DNA of 64,000 nucleotides. It comes from Nitrosopumilus sp. GTDB lineage: Archaea; Thermoproteota; Nitrososphaeria; Nitrososphaerales; Nitrosopumilaceae. The DNA is taken from positions 1,655,849 through 1,719,848 of the forward strand of contig CBDBLX010000002.1 of NCBI GenBank assembly GCA_965207445.1, given 5' to 3'. Below are positions 10,783-21,793 of this stretch, piece by piece; the first letter of the stretch is position 1, and each line of letters starts with the position of its first letter. Both the position numbers and the translations under genes were made by a program. Below the pieces are notes generated by a model. That model did not search any database. It saw only the letters and a program-made list of their open reading frames with translations, and was not told the origin of the DNA.

Positions 10783-11307
10783 GGATCCTTGGATCTTTAG
10801 ACGGGTATTTCTGGATCCGTTCTCAAACAGGCTGTTCTCGTACTTTTTGATTTTCAGGCTTGCCAGTATGACCCTGTCGCGAGTAAAAAAGAACTTGGAG
10901 TCGGGATCGGACAGCACCTCTGAAAGGATCATCGCATCGTTAGGCGTCAGGCGATCATCAAGGCCCTGCATGTCCAGCATTATGCGTGGCGTATACCTGC
11001 TGGCGCCCGGAATGCAATCCTCGACGCTTATCTTGTGCTTGAAAAATATCTCGCCAAGATTCCCGAGATCATTTCTTAGATTGTCGGCGTCCGACTTGTC
11101 TAGAATTTTGGCCACAATTTCTCCAAGTATTATTTGTGGCACGAGCACGCGGTATGAGTTGTTGTCCAGCTGCGAGAGCAGTAGTCAGGCATCCTGTGAG
11201 TCACCTTCGTCATATATTACACTTAGAAAATAATGTGCGTCTATGTATGCCCTAGAGACACCGCCCCCGTCTCCGGGGCGCACCCATCCTCTGGAACCGC
11301 GCCCCAT
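10768..11307 (-). pseudogene. PIN-domain (VapC-like) gene with one in-frame TGA
   Basis: AYIDAHYF..., VPQIILGEI, NDAMILSEV, FFTRD. TGA at 11185-11187 separates two in-frame ORFs. Confidence 0.7.
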
Positions 11308-11402
11308 CAGGTCGTCCCAGCCTTGGAAACTATCGCAACATATGATACAGCCATGCAGAACATGCTGACTGAGTATTATTAAAGTCACGTACCCGCGTTA
11401 TT

Positions 11403-11483
11403 GTAACCGTTCAACCCCTTCTCAAATTTAGGCACAAATTCACCGCCTGACATCTGGAGTAGGCACGGGGGTTGAACGGTTGC
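11403..11483. mobile_element. 81-bp MITE (family A)
   Basis: Near-identical to 8855-8935. Confidence 0.9.
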
Positions 11484-11531
11484 CCTCCCGGAAACAACCT
11501 AGTTTAAATAATACAATTAGCTATTACGCGT

Positions 11532-11675
11532 ATGGAAGACAACGCTCCCAATGCGACCAAAAAGAGTGCCGAAAAGCCACTATTTGGAAGTAGAGAGGCA
11601 CCATCATACAATTCTGTTTCAACGCCACCACCAGGCTTGACACAGGGAAAACCTAGACCGCCTAAGGCTGATTGA
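11532..11675 (+). CDS. 47-aa Pro-rich small ORF
   Basis: MEDNAPNATKK...PRPPKAD; TTTAAATA box ~25 nt upstream; its stop abuts the convergent gene. Confidence 0.4.
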   Translation: MEDNAPNATKKSAEKPLFGSREAPSYNSVSTPPPGLTQGKPRPPKAD

Positions 11676-12233
11676 CTATAGGTGAAACTTTTTTTCCAGC
11701 ATTGTAATTGTGCTAGGAATGTCTTTTAGTAGTTTTATCTCGTTGTTCTCTAACCATTCAAAGTACCTGTATGAATACTCGGGCAGATCTTTGTTTGGAA
11801 ACCTCTCAGATATCTCCCTTATGAGTTTGATGTATTCATTATGAGTCTTAATCTGATTAAATATATTCTGAATTGGCTGTTGTAACTCTGGTTGAAGGAA
11901 GTTGATCTTTCCTGAAAAAACTAGACTGTCATAAAAATCATGATTGAGGGTACGATTCATATAAAAAAACGATTGTCCATTTGGAATTGTAAAACATATT
12001 GAATCTTGTTTGTATATTTCCATATTCAAGCCTTCAAAAGTGTCTTGTAGCTCTCTACACAAATTGTTCGATGCTCTCTTTGTTTCTGAACGATGGTTGT
12101 GCCATCTTTGTATAAAATAAACAGGAGGAGCTGCTGCGAGTGACAGAATAGTCACCCACGACGCAACAATGCTTAATGTGCTTTCATCCCCAAGCGCCGA
12201 TATAATTTCATTCATATTTTGTACAACCCGCAT
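11676..12233 (-). CDS. Hypothetical protein with N-terminal membrane anchor
   Basis: 185-aa ORF with hydrophobic SIVASWVTILSLAAAPPVYFI. Confidence 0.7.
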   Translation of the reverse strand: MRVVQNMNEIISALGDESTLSIVASWVTILSLAAAPPVYFIQRWHNHRSETKRASNNLCRELQDTFEGLNMEIYKQDSICFTIPNGQSFFYMNRTLNHDFYDSLVFSGKINFLQPELQQPIQNIFNQIKTHNEYIKLIREISERFPNKDLPEYSYRYFEWLENNEIKLLKDIPSTITMLEKKFHL

Positions 12234-12262
12234 TTATGTTATTTAAAGAACACGATAATAGG

Positions 12263-14148
12263 GAGGTTGGTGCGTAATTGACATTAGACCTGCTTGTGAC
12301 CCTTCTGTGAACTTACTCGGTTTATTGCACATTCAATCTGCAGAAGACTGAAATCTACCTATAGTGCGTTTCGTTTTTGAATATACGGGTGTGTTTTGGC
12401 AGACATAGATTATAGAACATGAAACATGCAAATGTGATAGCAGTCTCTATCAGTGGTATGATGGAATCTTTTGCCCTTTTTCATGAGCGCAGATAAATCT
12501 GTTCAGGATGTTGATATTCCATGCAATTGATAGTATTTTACCAAACCACGTTCTGTTTTTGGCCAGACGTATACGACAGTGTAGCCTGTGATTCTTTGTC
12601 TCTTCTACCTCAAATGTGACCAACGTAATTTTATTTTGCCGACAAACGACAGTGTAGCCTGTGATTCTTCGTCTCTTCTACTGCTCCAAATATTGCCTCG
12701 ATAAGTGCGCGTTGTTTGTATGCATTTTTGTCAAAGATCTCCGCTGCCTTTTTTCTGCTTGGTGGTTTACCACGGTTTGTATGACCTGAGCCATCTGTGT
12801 GATTGCGCTGCTTTATGTTCAGTTTCATGCTTGCATTGAATATTGTCTCGCAATTTTGATCCGAGTCGTATCTCTTGTCTCCGTTAAATAAGCACTCTTC
12901 AATCGGTGTATAGTTTTTTACGAGAAAGTCGACCATTATGGAAGCATTGACGTGTCACTTGCATAATAGTTTCATTAAAGATCCGATAGTTTTCTAATAT
13001 TTTGTATTCATAATATGTGCTCAACTTTGAGATGAATATCAATCAAAATATCGGATCTTTAATCATATTAGTATGCATTACTTGGAGTTGTGTATGATGC
13101 AAGTATGATCTGGTGTCCGCTTGTCGAGTAATATGATATTTTAGGTACGTCTTGACGCGTGTCAGTTAAGTCGTGTAGTAAATGATTAGGTCTTTCTTGT
13201 TTTTCGTACCTGTCAGTCTCTATACCCCACTACTGTATCCCAATAGGATCTGTAGGTTCTTTTTTTACGTCTTGTTTACCGCCCTCAAAATCCTTATATC
13301 CGTGCGTAAGTATGGACTCTTTACCTTTTATCGGTACTGGATCTGTCCCAGATTTTTCAAAGTTCATTTAGACACATATTGGCAGCATATGCCAAAATAG
13401 AATCAAGCCAATCGAGATCAATTGTTTGCATATGTATTGGTTACCCAACTAATCAGTCTCCGGCTCGTCAACTTGCTCATCCTGCATATGTCCAAGATCA
13501 TTTACCACATCTTGAAAAGGAATATTTTTTGCAACTTTTTAAAGGAACAAAAAATCCATCTTGGCATGCGAGTGTACAGGCTTGCATCTTCCCCTATTTG
13601 TCTTCTTTTCTTTGGCATGATGTGGATTTTTACGTATCACCGACAATAATCTTGCGCATAAAATCCTGCTCAGATTTGTGTGCCTGTTCATAATACAGCC
13701 AGTAACCTTTGCGTCGCTTGTGTTGCTGCTCTGTCACTGTACTGTCTGCCTCCTTGGTCTGTTCTTATTTGAAACCCACACACTAAATTTATACAAACAA
13801 CAAACAGTCTCCACATTCATCACAAACCATGCATTGTAATGGGCGTCATTCTCTGTGTAGCATAGCATGTTGTGGCAACCTAGCACACATATGTCGTCGT
13901 TCCACCACACTTTACAAACGATACGTTGATAACATTGGCTAGTCAACGTTGTTCAGCATCCCCTTTGTTCATTTCCAATTATTCAATTGGGATGCCCCTA
14001 TATGTGACTTTTGGTAAGTGCGCAGTTACGTTTATATATATGAGCTTATTGGATAACTTAATTTATACATATAAAACTCTGGCGATATTTCCAGATAACT
14101 TTGCAAGTACGATGTAGGTGGCGATTTGATGAATTACGCACCAACCTC
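12263..14148 (-). mobile_element. Decayed IS5/IS4-like element, inverted copy of 53838-55511
   Basis: TIR GAGGTTGGTGCGTAATT at both ends; frameshifted transposase, a small internal duplication and a MITE insertion. Confidence 0.9.
12964..13073. mobile_element. 110-bp MITE (family B, IS630-like ends) flanked by TGCA
   Basis: ATTAAAGATCCGAT inverted repeats; TGCA at 12960-63 and 13074-77; absent from the intact IS5-like copy. Confidence 0.9.
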
Positions 14149-14162
14149 GATACATGTCACTG

Positions 14163-14244
14163 GTAACCATTCAACCCCCGTTACCTGCACCAGACGTTAG
14201 GCGGTGAATTTATGCTTAAATTTGTGTAGAGGGTGAACGGTTAC
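14163..14244. mobile_element. MITE (family A), reverse orientation
   Basis: GTAACCATTCAACCCC...GGGTGAACGGTTAC. Confidence 0.85.
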
Positions 14245-14389
14245 AGACACTTGTTGTCACATACAACATTTGAGCAACAGAACTTGTTGCTGATTGTTTT
14301 AATCAAACATGTGATTTAAAATAATGTTAAAATGTAAAAATACACATAACAATTAGTTTTTAAAATGTAAAAAATTCACATTAAATATA

Positions 14390-17300
14390 ATGATAATTCT
14401 TCATACAGCAGTACATAACAATACAGTCAACTTTTGGGCAGAGTCCTCACATGATCTAAATACAAAAAATAAACTCAAAAAAAATATAGACGAGTACAAA
14501 CTATCTGCAAGCTCAAATCAACTAAAGCAAATACTGGCATATATTGGAATAAATTCCAAAAATGCCACATCAAAATGGATAGCGCTTCCAACATCATCAA
14601 ATGATAACAACCCAATACCATCAAATGATCTGATTTTAAGTGACGCTGAGCAAACAGAATCCGATGAAAAATCACCAATGAAATCTAATAAAAAAGCATA
14701 TCTAAAAAGATGGAAGATAAATGTAATAGAACTTGATGAAAATGACGCCATCATATTACTAGCCCATATGATGGGAAAGAGGACCATACGACGAGGCATA
14801 CTAGTAGGAGCAGATATGGCATGTTTGGCAGAGGTTATGCGCCTTGCCGGCTCAATTACTGCAAGACAACAGTATTTACCAGATGTCATAAAAGATGACA
14901 CAATAATGCACAAAGCAGTATGGAGTCCAATTATCATAGGTGCAGACAGAAAAAGGCTCAAAGATATGCTAAAACGTCTACCAGCTTCAGTACATGCAAT
15001 CTCTACATATAATACCACCATTACAAAGATGCCAAGAAAGACTGAAAAGGCACTCTTGAGTATACTTACACTATTTACAGACAGTATAGTTCGTACATCA
15101 ATACCAAATTACATCACACCAAAATCTAATCATGTGAGAAAATTTGATAGCATACATGACTCTTGGATACACCACCTTACAACAGACAAGATCAATAAAA
15201 TCAATGACGCATCTCAACTACGCACACAAATTCAAGAGTGGAAGCGCCCAATTACAACATATGCAAGCTCACCAGTACAATTATGCTTTAGACTAGAAGA
15301 ACCCACTACACCAAGAAAAAAGTGGTTTGTGAGGTATATGATACGCTCACGTGACGACCCTAGTCTGATCGTAGATGCAAGTAAAGTATGGGATGATGAT
15401 GCTATATTTTCATCTCTAAAAAACGTCAATATCAAAGAGTTTTTGCTAGGATCACTAGGGAGATCTGCTGCGATCTTTCCGAGTATATCAGAAGGGCTAA
15501 AGAGTAAAAATAGTACAAACTCAAGATCTAGTATAGATGGATGCCACATTAGTTTAGAAAAAGCACACTCATTTTTGACAAAAGAATCCATTGCACTAGA
15601 GCAATCAGGATATGCTGTAATGTATCCATCATGGTGGGTAGGTAAAGGGGCAAAGATTAAAGCTGTAGCTGATGTAAAACCTCCGGCTCTAAAAGCACGA
15701 GGCATGCTGACATTAAATACAATAGTAGAGTTTGACTGGCAAATTGCAATAGGGGATCAGAGCATATCCATAGAGGAACTACAGAGACTAGCAGATGCAA
15801 AGGCACCTCTTGTGAATATACGCGGTACATGGGTAGAAATGTCACAAGATGATATCAAAGATACAATCAAACTTGTAAAGACAAAAACAACAACAACACT
15901 ACTTGATGCAATAAAGATGAACTTGAACAGATCAATGGATGCAGACAGTGCTTTTGCCAAACCAACAACAGATGCAGTTGAGGTAAATATCACAAGTAGT
16001 GACGATCAGGTATCAAATGTACTAGATCAATTAAGTGACAAGGCTCAATTAAAACAACAACAACAACCAAGAGGGTTTATAGGTAAACTTAGGCCCTATC
16101 AACTACGTGGCTTTTCATGGCTGTCATTTTTGCAACAGTGGGGGCTAGGAGGCTGTCTTGCAGATGATATGGGGCTAGGAAAGACAATTCAGGTATTGGC
16201 ACTAGCACAAAAGTACATGTATGAGTCTGATCAAAAAAATACAAAGCCGTTTTTGCTCATATGCCCCACATCAGTTATAACAAACTGGCAAAAAGAATCC
16301 ACACGATTTACACCAGAGATAACTACAACAATACATCATGGGCTAAATAGAGCAAAGACAAAGTCAGCATTCACAAAAAAGATCAAAGGATACGACATGA
16401 TCATAACAAGTTATGGATTGATGCAAAGAGACATCAAGATCATCAATGCAATAAAGTGGAGTGTAATAGTACTAGATGAGGCACAAAACATCAAAAATGC
16501 AGAGACAAAGCAAGCAAAAGCAACAAAAACAATAGAGGCAGATTGTAAATTTGCACTAACAGGAACACCAGTTGAGAATAATGTGGGGGACTTGTGGTCT
16601 ATAATGGAATTTCTGAATCCAGGCTTTCTTGGAACGTTGAGCGCATTTAAGCGAAACTTTTTCCTACCAATTCAGATCAGACAAGACCAAGAGGCAGCAG
16701 AGATGTTAAAGAGGGCAACAGGCCCATTTATACTACGAAGGCTCAAAACAGACAAAAAGATCATATCAGATCTACCAGAAAAAATGGAAATGAAAACATA
16801 CTGTACACTAACAAAAGAACAAGCTACACTGTATGCTGCAATACTTAAAGATATAGAAGATGCACTAGCGGAGAGTCAAATCAAGACAATGTCAAAGATG
16901 CAACGAAGAGGCATTATACTAAGTGCACTTGCAAAATTAAAACAAGTATGCGATCATCCTAGAATACTCTTAAAGGATAACTCTAGTATATTGACTAACT
17001 CTGAGAAATCACGCTCAGGCAAATTAGCAAGACTGACTGAGATGTTATCAGAAATAATAGAAGTTGGTGATAGTGCACTTGTCTTTACACAGTTCGTAGA
17101 GATGGGGCACGTACTAAAACGCCACATACAAGAGACGTTTGGCAGAGAGGTGATGTTTTTGCACGGAGGTACGACAAGAAAGCATAGAGACGAGATGGTA
17201 GAAAAGTTTCAAGATAAAAAGAAAAAGAGTGTAGGGTCTAAGATATTTGTTATATCACTAAAGGCAGGAGGTACAGGATTAAACCTGACTGAAGCAAACC

Positions 17301-17590
17301 ACGTATTTCACTTTGATAGATGGTGGAATCCTGCAGTAGAGGATCAAGCAACTGATAGAGCATTTCGTATAGGTCAAAAGAAAAAAGTTCAGGTTTACAA
17401 GATGATCTGCTCAGGTACATTAGAAGAGAAAATAGATCAGATGATAGAGAGAAAGAAAGAAGTTTCTAGAAAAGTTGTCAGTACAGGCGAGGGGTGGATA
17501 ACTGAGATGTCAAATGAAGATCTTCGAGACGTATTGTCTTTGAGTCTAGAAGCAAGTGGAGTTGAAGATATAGGAGAAAGAGATGTATAA
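14390..17590 (+). CDS. SNF2/SWI2-family helicase (DUF3670-type N-terminus)
   Basis: LRPYQ, LADDMGLGKT, DEAQ, LTGTPVEN, GGTGLNL, WWNPAVEDQATDRAFRIGQ. Confidence 0.95.
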   Translation: MIILHTAVHNNTVNFWAESSHDLNTKNKLKKNIDEYKLSASSNQLKQILAYIGINSKNATSKWIALPTSSNDNNPIPSNDLILSDAEQTESDEKSPMKSNKKAYLKRWKINVIELDENDAIILLAHMMGKRTIRRGILVGADMACLAEVMRLAGSITARQQYLPDVIKDDTIMHKAVWSPIIIGADRKRLKDMLKRLPASVHAISTYNTTITKMPRKTEKALLSILTLFTDSIVRTSIPNYITPKSNHVRKFDSIHDSWIHHLTTDKINKINDASQLRTQIQEWKRPITTYASSPVQLCFRLEEPTTPRKKWFVRYMIRSRDDPSLIVDASKVWDDDAIFSSLKNVNIKEFLLGSLGRSAAIFPSISEGLKSKNSTNSRSSIDGCHISLEKAHSFLTKESIALEQSGYAVMYPSWWVGKGAKIKAVADVKPPALKARGMLTLNTIVEFDWQIAIGDQSISIEELQRLADAKAPLVNIRGTWVEMSQDDIKDTIKLVKTKTTTTLLDAIKMNLNRSMDADSAFAKPTTDAVEVNITSSDDQVSNVLDQLSDKAQLKQQQQPRGFIGKLRPYQLRGFSWLSFLQQWGLGGCLADDMGLGKTIQVLALAQKYMYESDQKNTKPFLLICPTSVITNWQKESTRFTPEITTTIHHGLNRAKTKSAFTKKIKGYDMIITSYGLMQRDIKIINAIKWSVIVLDEAQNIKNAETKQAKATKTIEADCKFALTGTPVENNVGDLWSIMEFLNPGFLGTLSAFKRNFFLPIQIRQDQEAAEMLKRATGPFILRRLKTDKKIISDLPEKMEMKTYCTLTKEQATLYAAILKDIEDALAESQIKTMSKMQRRGIILSALAKLKQVCDHPRILLKDNSSILTNSEKSRSGKLARLTEMLSEIIEVGDSALVFTQFVEMGHVLKRHIQETFGREVMFLHGGTTRKHRDEMVEKFQDKKKKSVGSKIFVISLKAGGTGLNLTEANHVFHFDRWWNPAVEDQATDRAFRIGQKKKVQVYKMICSGTLEEKIDQMIERKKEVSRKVVSTGEGWITEMSNEDLRDVLSLSLEASGVEDIGERDV

Positions 17591-18591
17591 TGTCATGGTA
17601 TTGGAACTATAGATACACACCTCGAAAGCCCAAAAGTGTAAAGGGCGGTATAAAAGCACAATCCAAAAAAGGAGAGTTCGGTGAGAATTGGTGGGCAAAG
17701 CGCTGGAATCAGACATTAGAAGAGTATAACATTGGTGCAAGACTCAATCGGGGGAGAATATATGCACGAAAAGGACAAGTAAAATCGATTAAAATACAAA
17801 AAGGACGAATAACAGCAGCAGTGCAAGGCAGTTGGGAATACAATGTGCATATAAACATAACAATGCTAACAGAGACTCAATGGTCAGATATTGTAAAGGG
17901 AATATTTGAGAGTCCTGTAATGGCTGCAACATTGTTAGCAGGACAGATGCCAAATGATATTGAAGATGTGTTTAAGAGATACAACATTAGTCTGTTTCCA
18001 AAACACAAAGATATCAGCACAGAATGTACATGTCCAGACTGGGCAAATCCATGCAAACACATAGCAGCAGTATACCTGTTGTTAGCAGAAGAATTTGACA
18101 GAGATCCATTTTTGATATTTCGATTACGAGGAATAGAGCGAAAAGAGATTCTTAAGATGAGTGGAATTGACAGCAATAGTAAAGTAAAGAAAGAGGACAA
18201 GACGGAGACTAAAAAGGACAAGACGGTAATTAAAAAAACAACTGCCGCCACCACCACCACTGCTGCCACCACCACCACTGCTGCCACCACCACCACTGCT
18301 GCATCCACAAAGATAAAAAAGCCCACTGTAAAACCAATAGATCCAAACAAGTTTTGGGGAGACATTGAAGAGCAGATACTCGAATATAGTAAGCATAGTG
18401 AGAGTTCAATGAATGCACAGATTCCAACAATACCAGCAGTTTTACTAAAACAGATAGGGATTTTCCCATTTTGGCGAGGAGAGAAAAATTTTATGGATGT
18501 AATGGAGGAGATTTACACTAATGTATCCAAGACAGGTACAAAGGTATTTCTTGGCGAATACACAAAAAAATCAACTAAAAAAGATAAATGA
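17590..18591 (+). CDS. SWIM zinc-finger partner of the SNF2 helicase
   Basis: RLNRGRIYAR, CTCPDWANPCKH, DPFLIFRLRG; translationally coupled (TAATG); contains an (AATTTT)n insert. Confidence 0.92.
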   Translation: MSWYWNYRYTPRKPKSVKGGIKAQSKKGEFGENWWAKRWNQTLEEYNIGARLNRGRIYARKGQVKSIKIQKGRITAAVQGSWEYNVHINITMLTETQWSDIVKGIFESPVMAATLLAGQMPNDIEDVFKRYNISLFPKHKDISTECTCPDWANPCKHIAAVYLLLAEEFDRDPFLIFRLRGIERKEILKMSGIDSNSKVKKEDKTETKKDKTVIKKTTAATTTTAATTTTAATTTTAASTKIKKPTVKPIDPNKFWGDIEEQILEYSKHSESSMNAQIPTIPAVLLKQIGIFPFWRGEKNFMDVMEEIYTNVSKTGTKVFLGEYTKKSTKKDK

Positions 18592-18639
18592 CTTTGTTAA
18601 TTTGCAAAAAAAAAATATAATGATCATATATTACAACAA

Positions 18640-19896
18640 TCAAAGTGCTTGATACTCGTTGCTCCATTGATGATATGCCCTTATCATATCAGATGAGACA
18701 CTAGGCTTACGACGCTCCATTATCTTTTTGAAATCAGCCATGTTCAAGTCTCGCGGTTGTGGTGGCTCCTCACCCTCTACAGGCTCACGATAATCAGGGG
18801 ACTCAAATATCTCATGAACCGTCATTATCTGAGCAGCTTGACAGACATCTTTGATATCACTAGCACTATACCCATCAAAGAGTTTTGCAAGACCATTACT
18901 ACTCAATCGGTAGTCAGTCTTTAGTTTTACCGTATACTGCTCAAACAGTTTTTCTCTTGCAACATGCGTTGGGAGTGACACGTATATTCGCTTTTGGAAT
19001 CGTCTCAGAAATGGCCAGTCAAGTGTCCACGGTTTGTTCGTAGCTCCTATAACATACAGCATCAATTCTTTCCCCTTGCTATTGATGCCATCCATCTCAG
19101 TTAGGAATTGATTTCGTGAACGTACCTCACCACCTATCTCATTTTGGCGAGAGCCAAGCAAAGAATCCACCTCATCTAAAAACAAGATTACAGGTTTACT
19201 CTCTTTTTCTGAATAGGTACGTGCCATATCAAAGAGTTTTGAGATATTTTTTTCTGCCTCTCCAAGCCATTTACTCATCAAAGATGATGCATCAGCACTT
19301 ATGAAGTATCCGTCCATCTCATTTGCAGTAGCAGCAGCTATCATGGTCTTGCCTGTTCCAGGTGGGCCATACAACAGCATACCTTTTGGCCATCCGAGTG
19401 GAAATAAATCAGGTCGTTTTGTAGGATATACAATAGACTCACGTAAGGCGCTCTTCGCCTCATCAAGTCCGATCACTTGTTCCCACGTCACGTTTGGTTT
19501 TTCACGCATTATGAGATCCTCAAAGTCATTCTCATCGGCTTGTCGCTGAATAGATTTTTTTTGCTCTTCTGGTGTAGCAGAAGGATCTACTGCAGGTTCT
19601 ATGCCATTTGCCTGTTGCAAAACAGCAATACGTTCACGATACGAGTTACACTTGTCACTGTACAGTGGATTGAGTTTGCTTGATGGATACAGATTGATCA
19701 ATTTTAGCAAAGCAGAGATTGCTTGCTGGTAGTACGTGATCGCCATTCCACGGGCTCCTTGTGAGTCACATTTGATCGCCTCATTAGCACACTTGCTTGC
19801 AGTATGCTCTAGTTGCTGTGGTGCAGTCAGAGAGGGATCTTCAGCAGGTCCTGTTGGGGGCCTCAGAATATCCGGATCGCTTGGTGATTGATTCAT
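18640..19896 (-). CDS. cdvC: Vps4-like AAA+ ATPase CdvC
   Basis: N-terminal MIT-like domain, GPPGTGKT, FLDEVD, ATNKPW, RRFQKRIYV. Confidence 0.92.
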   Translation of the reverse strand: MNQSPSDPDILRPPTGPAEDPSLTAPQQLEHTASKCANEAIKCDSQGARGMAITYYQQAISALLKLINLYPSSKLNPLYSDKCNSYRERIAVLQQANGIEPAVDPSATPEEQKKSIQRQADENDFEDLIMREKPNVTWEQVIGLDEAKSALRESIVYPTKRPDLFPLGWPKGMLLYGPPGTGKTMIAAATANEMDGYFISADASSLMSKWLGEAEKNISKLFDMARTYSEKESKPVILFLDEVDSLLGSRQNEIGGEVRSRNQFLTEMDGINSKGKELMLYVIGATNKPWTLDWPFLRRFQKRIYVSLPTHVAREKLFEQYTVKLKTDYRLSSNGLAKLFDGYSASDIKDVCQAAQIMTVHEIFESPDYREPVEGEEPPQPRDLNMADFKKIMERRKPSVSSDMIRAYHQWSNEYQAL

Positions 19897-20357
19897 CTTA
19901 CTAGTATATTGTATAAAATGTTAGTATACTATATCATAAAATAGATTGGACAATTATGTCAATTTAATTAAACCAATCAGGCACAAAATGCGATAATTTA
20001 GTGTCACAATTTGCATGTAAATGACAAAAATAGAGAAAAATCCAATTATTTGTTTTTTTTTGTTGTTGATGTGAGGTGTTTTGTAGAGGTGGGGAAAAAG
20101 GGTGTTTTGATTTCTAATTATATTCTGCCATTGTGGTTGTTGACCATGTTTTGATGGGAGTGGGGTGTTTTGATGGGAGGGGAGTGTTTTGTAGAGTGTA
20201 AGTGAGTGGATTTAGCATATTTCCTACAAGATCCTTGATCAAAGATTTGAGAAAAGAATCACGTAATATAGAAAAAATCAAGACATAAAATGTCCATATT
20301 GATAAGATTGTAATGTTGATGAATGCGTTAGTCGGTGCATCAAATGGGTGTTGTTAA

Positions 20358-20813
20358 TTATTCTCTGCACATGTTATCATGTGCATCAGATAGATGTTCT
20401 AGAGACGTTTTAGCAGACAATAGTAACTGTTGAACATCATCATTTATCATATCAATAGAGTCAGCAGAACTACGTATTGTGCCAACAAGAAGATTTACTG
20501 TATCACGCATCTTTTCTTTATCAGCATGAATTGATGAGAGGTATTCAGCAATCCATACAAGACGACTCAAGTCTTGCAGCTCACCATTGTCAAGTTGCCT
20601 CAAGTCATCAGCAGATATTAGCATACCATTTCGAGTATCAGTGGTATAGTCGATATTATTAGTGTAGTTGTGACGAGTATTTGCAGTGTTTGAGTCGTTA
20701 GGCACACTAGATCTTTGCTGCAACTCTCTTTTTATCATATTAGAGACAGTGTGAAGATCATCCATAGGAGATTCATCATCACGTATATCAGAATTATCAA
20801 TTGTGGTATTCAA
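20358..20813 (-). CDS. Hypothetical coiled-coil protein upstream of cdvC
   Basis: 151-aa ORF with helical C-terminal half. Confidence 0.55.
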   Translation of the reverse strand: MNTTIDNSDIRDDESPMDDLHTVSNMIKRELQQRSSVPNDSNTANTRHNYTNNIDYTTDTRNGMLISADDLRQLDNGELQDLSRLVWIAEYLSSIHADKEKMRDTVNLLVGTIRSSADSIDMINDDVQQLLLSAKTSLEHLSDAHDNMCRE

Positions 20814-20893
20814 GTTACTATAATTGACATTATCATAGTTATTAATATCACAGTTGTTTTACACGCACACACACACATACATACACACTCAAT

Positions 20894-21640
20894 CTAGTAA
20901 CATCTACTACATGCTCCAGAAATATCTAATTTAGGATACCGTTTTTTTAGATCAAAAGTAGCAGTCAATTTTGCATTATCAAATAGTATAGATGCGCTTT
21001 TGTTTGATTCTCCAAGATCAATTTTTGAGCTAGACATGATAGCAACATCTAATATAATACTACCAAGAGATATAGACACAGAGTATAATTTTTGGCTGCA
21101 CGACATCCCAATATTATGCAAATAGGTGCTTGCCATACGCACCACATACAAAACTGGCAATAATGCAAGTGACATCTCAGGTATATGGTGAGGTCTAGTT
21201 GATATAAGACGTACTGTACGCAACACGTTTAACATAACACTTAGAACATGTTCAATGTATAATGATTCAACGTGTGCAACATTCTCAGTGTCATATGTAG
21301 ATACCAACGTACGATTTGATACACGAATTTGACGCAGTTTTTGTTGGATATCGCATATTACAGAGTCAAGTGCCCAGTTTACATCTTTTAAACGAGTGAG
21401 TATGCTGTGATTATCACCGTCATTGTCACTGCGACTACTATCAATACAGCCACCGTTACTACTATTACTACATCCATCACCATCACAATCACCAGAACCA
21501 ATTTGCGTTGTTATAGGAGGAGTGGAAATAATAGATAATTTGTCAATTGCATCAATTGGGTAAATCAACCCATGTGTAGTAGACATAAAGGCATCCTTTT
21601 TACCACCAGATGCAGAGACCGATGTTGTAAATTTATGCAT
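20894..21640 (-). CDS. Divergent ESCRT-III/CdvB-like protein
   Basis: Helical; C-terminus ESNKSASILFDNAKLTATFDLKKRYPKLD resembles the CdvB paralog tail; co-oriented upstream of cdvC. Confidence 0.5.
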   Translation of the reverse strand: MHKFTTSVSASGGKKDAFMSTTHGLIYPIDAIDKLSIISTPPITTQIGSGDCDGDGCSNSSNGGCIDSSRSDNDGDNHSILTRLKDVNWALDSVICDIQQKLRQIRVSNRTLVSTYDTENVAHVESLYIEHVLSVMLNVLRTVRLISTRPHHIPEMSLALLPVLYVVRMASTYLHNIGMSCSQKLYSVSISLGSIILDVAIMSSSKIDLGESNKSASILFDNAKLTATFDLKKRYPKLDISGACSRCY

Positions 21641-21793
21641 AAATGCAACTCACATAATGGATATTAGAGCTAGTTGTATCCTCTCATACTGTCACTGCGG
21701 TCACATGACTCTAAAGTTACTAGAGTTTTTTGTACCAAATACATCAATAAATTTAGCTTGATATGTTAGATACAACAATTACAATATACAAAC

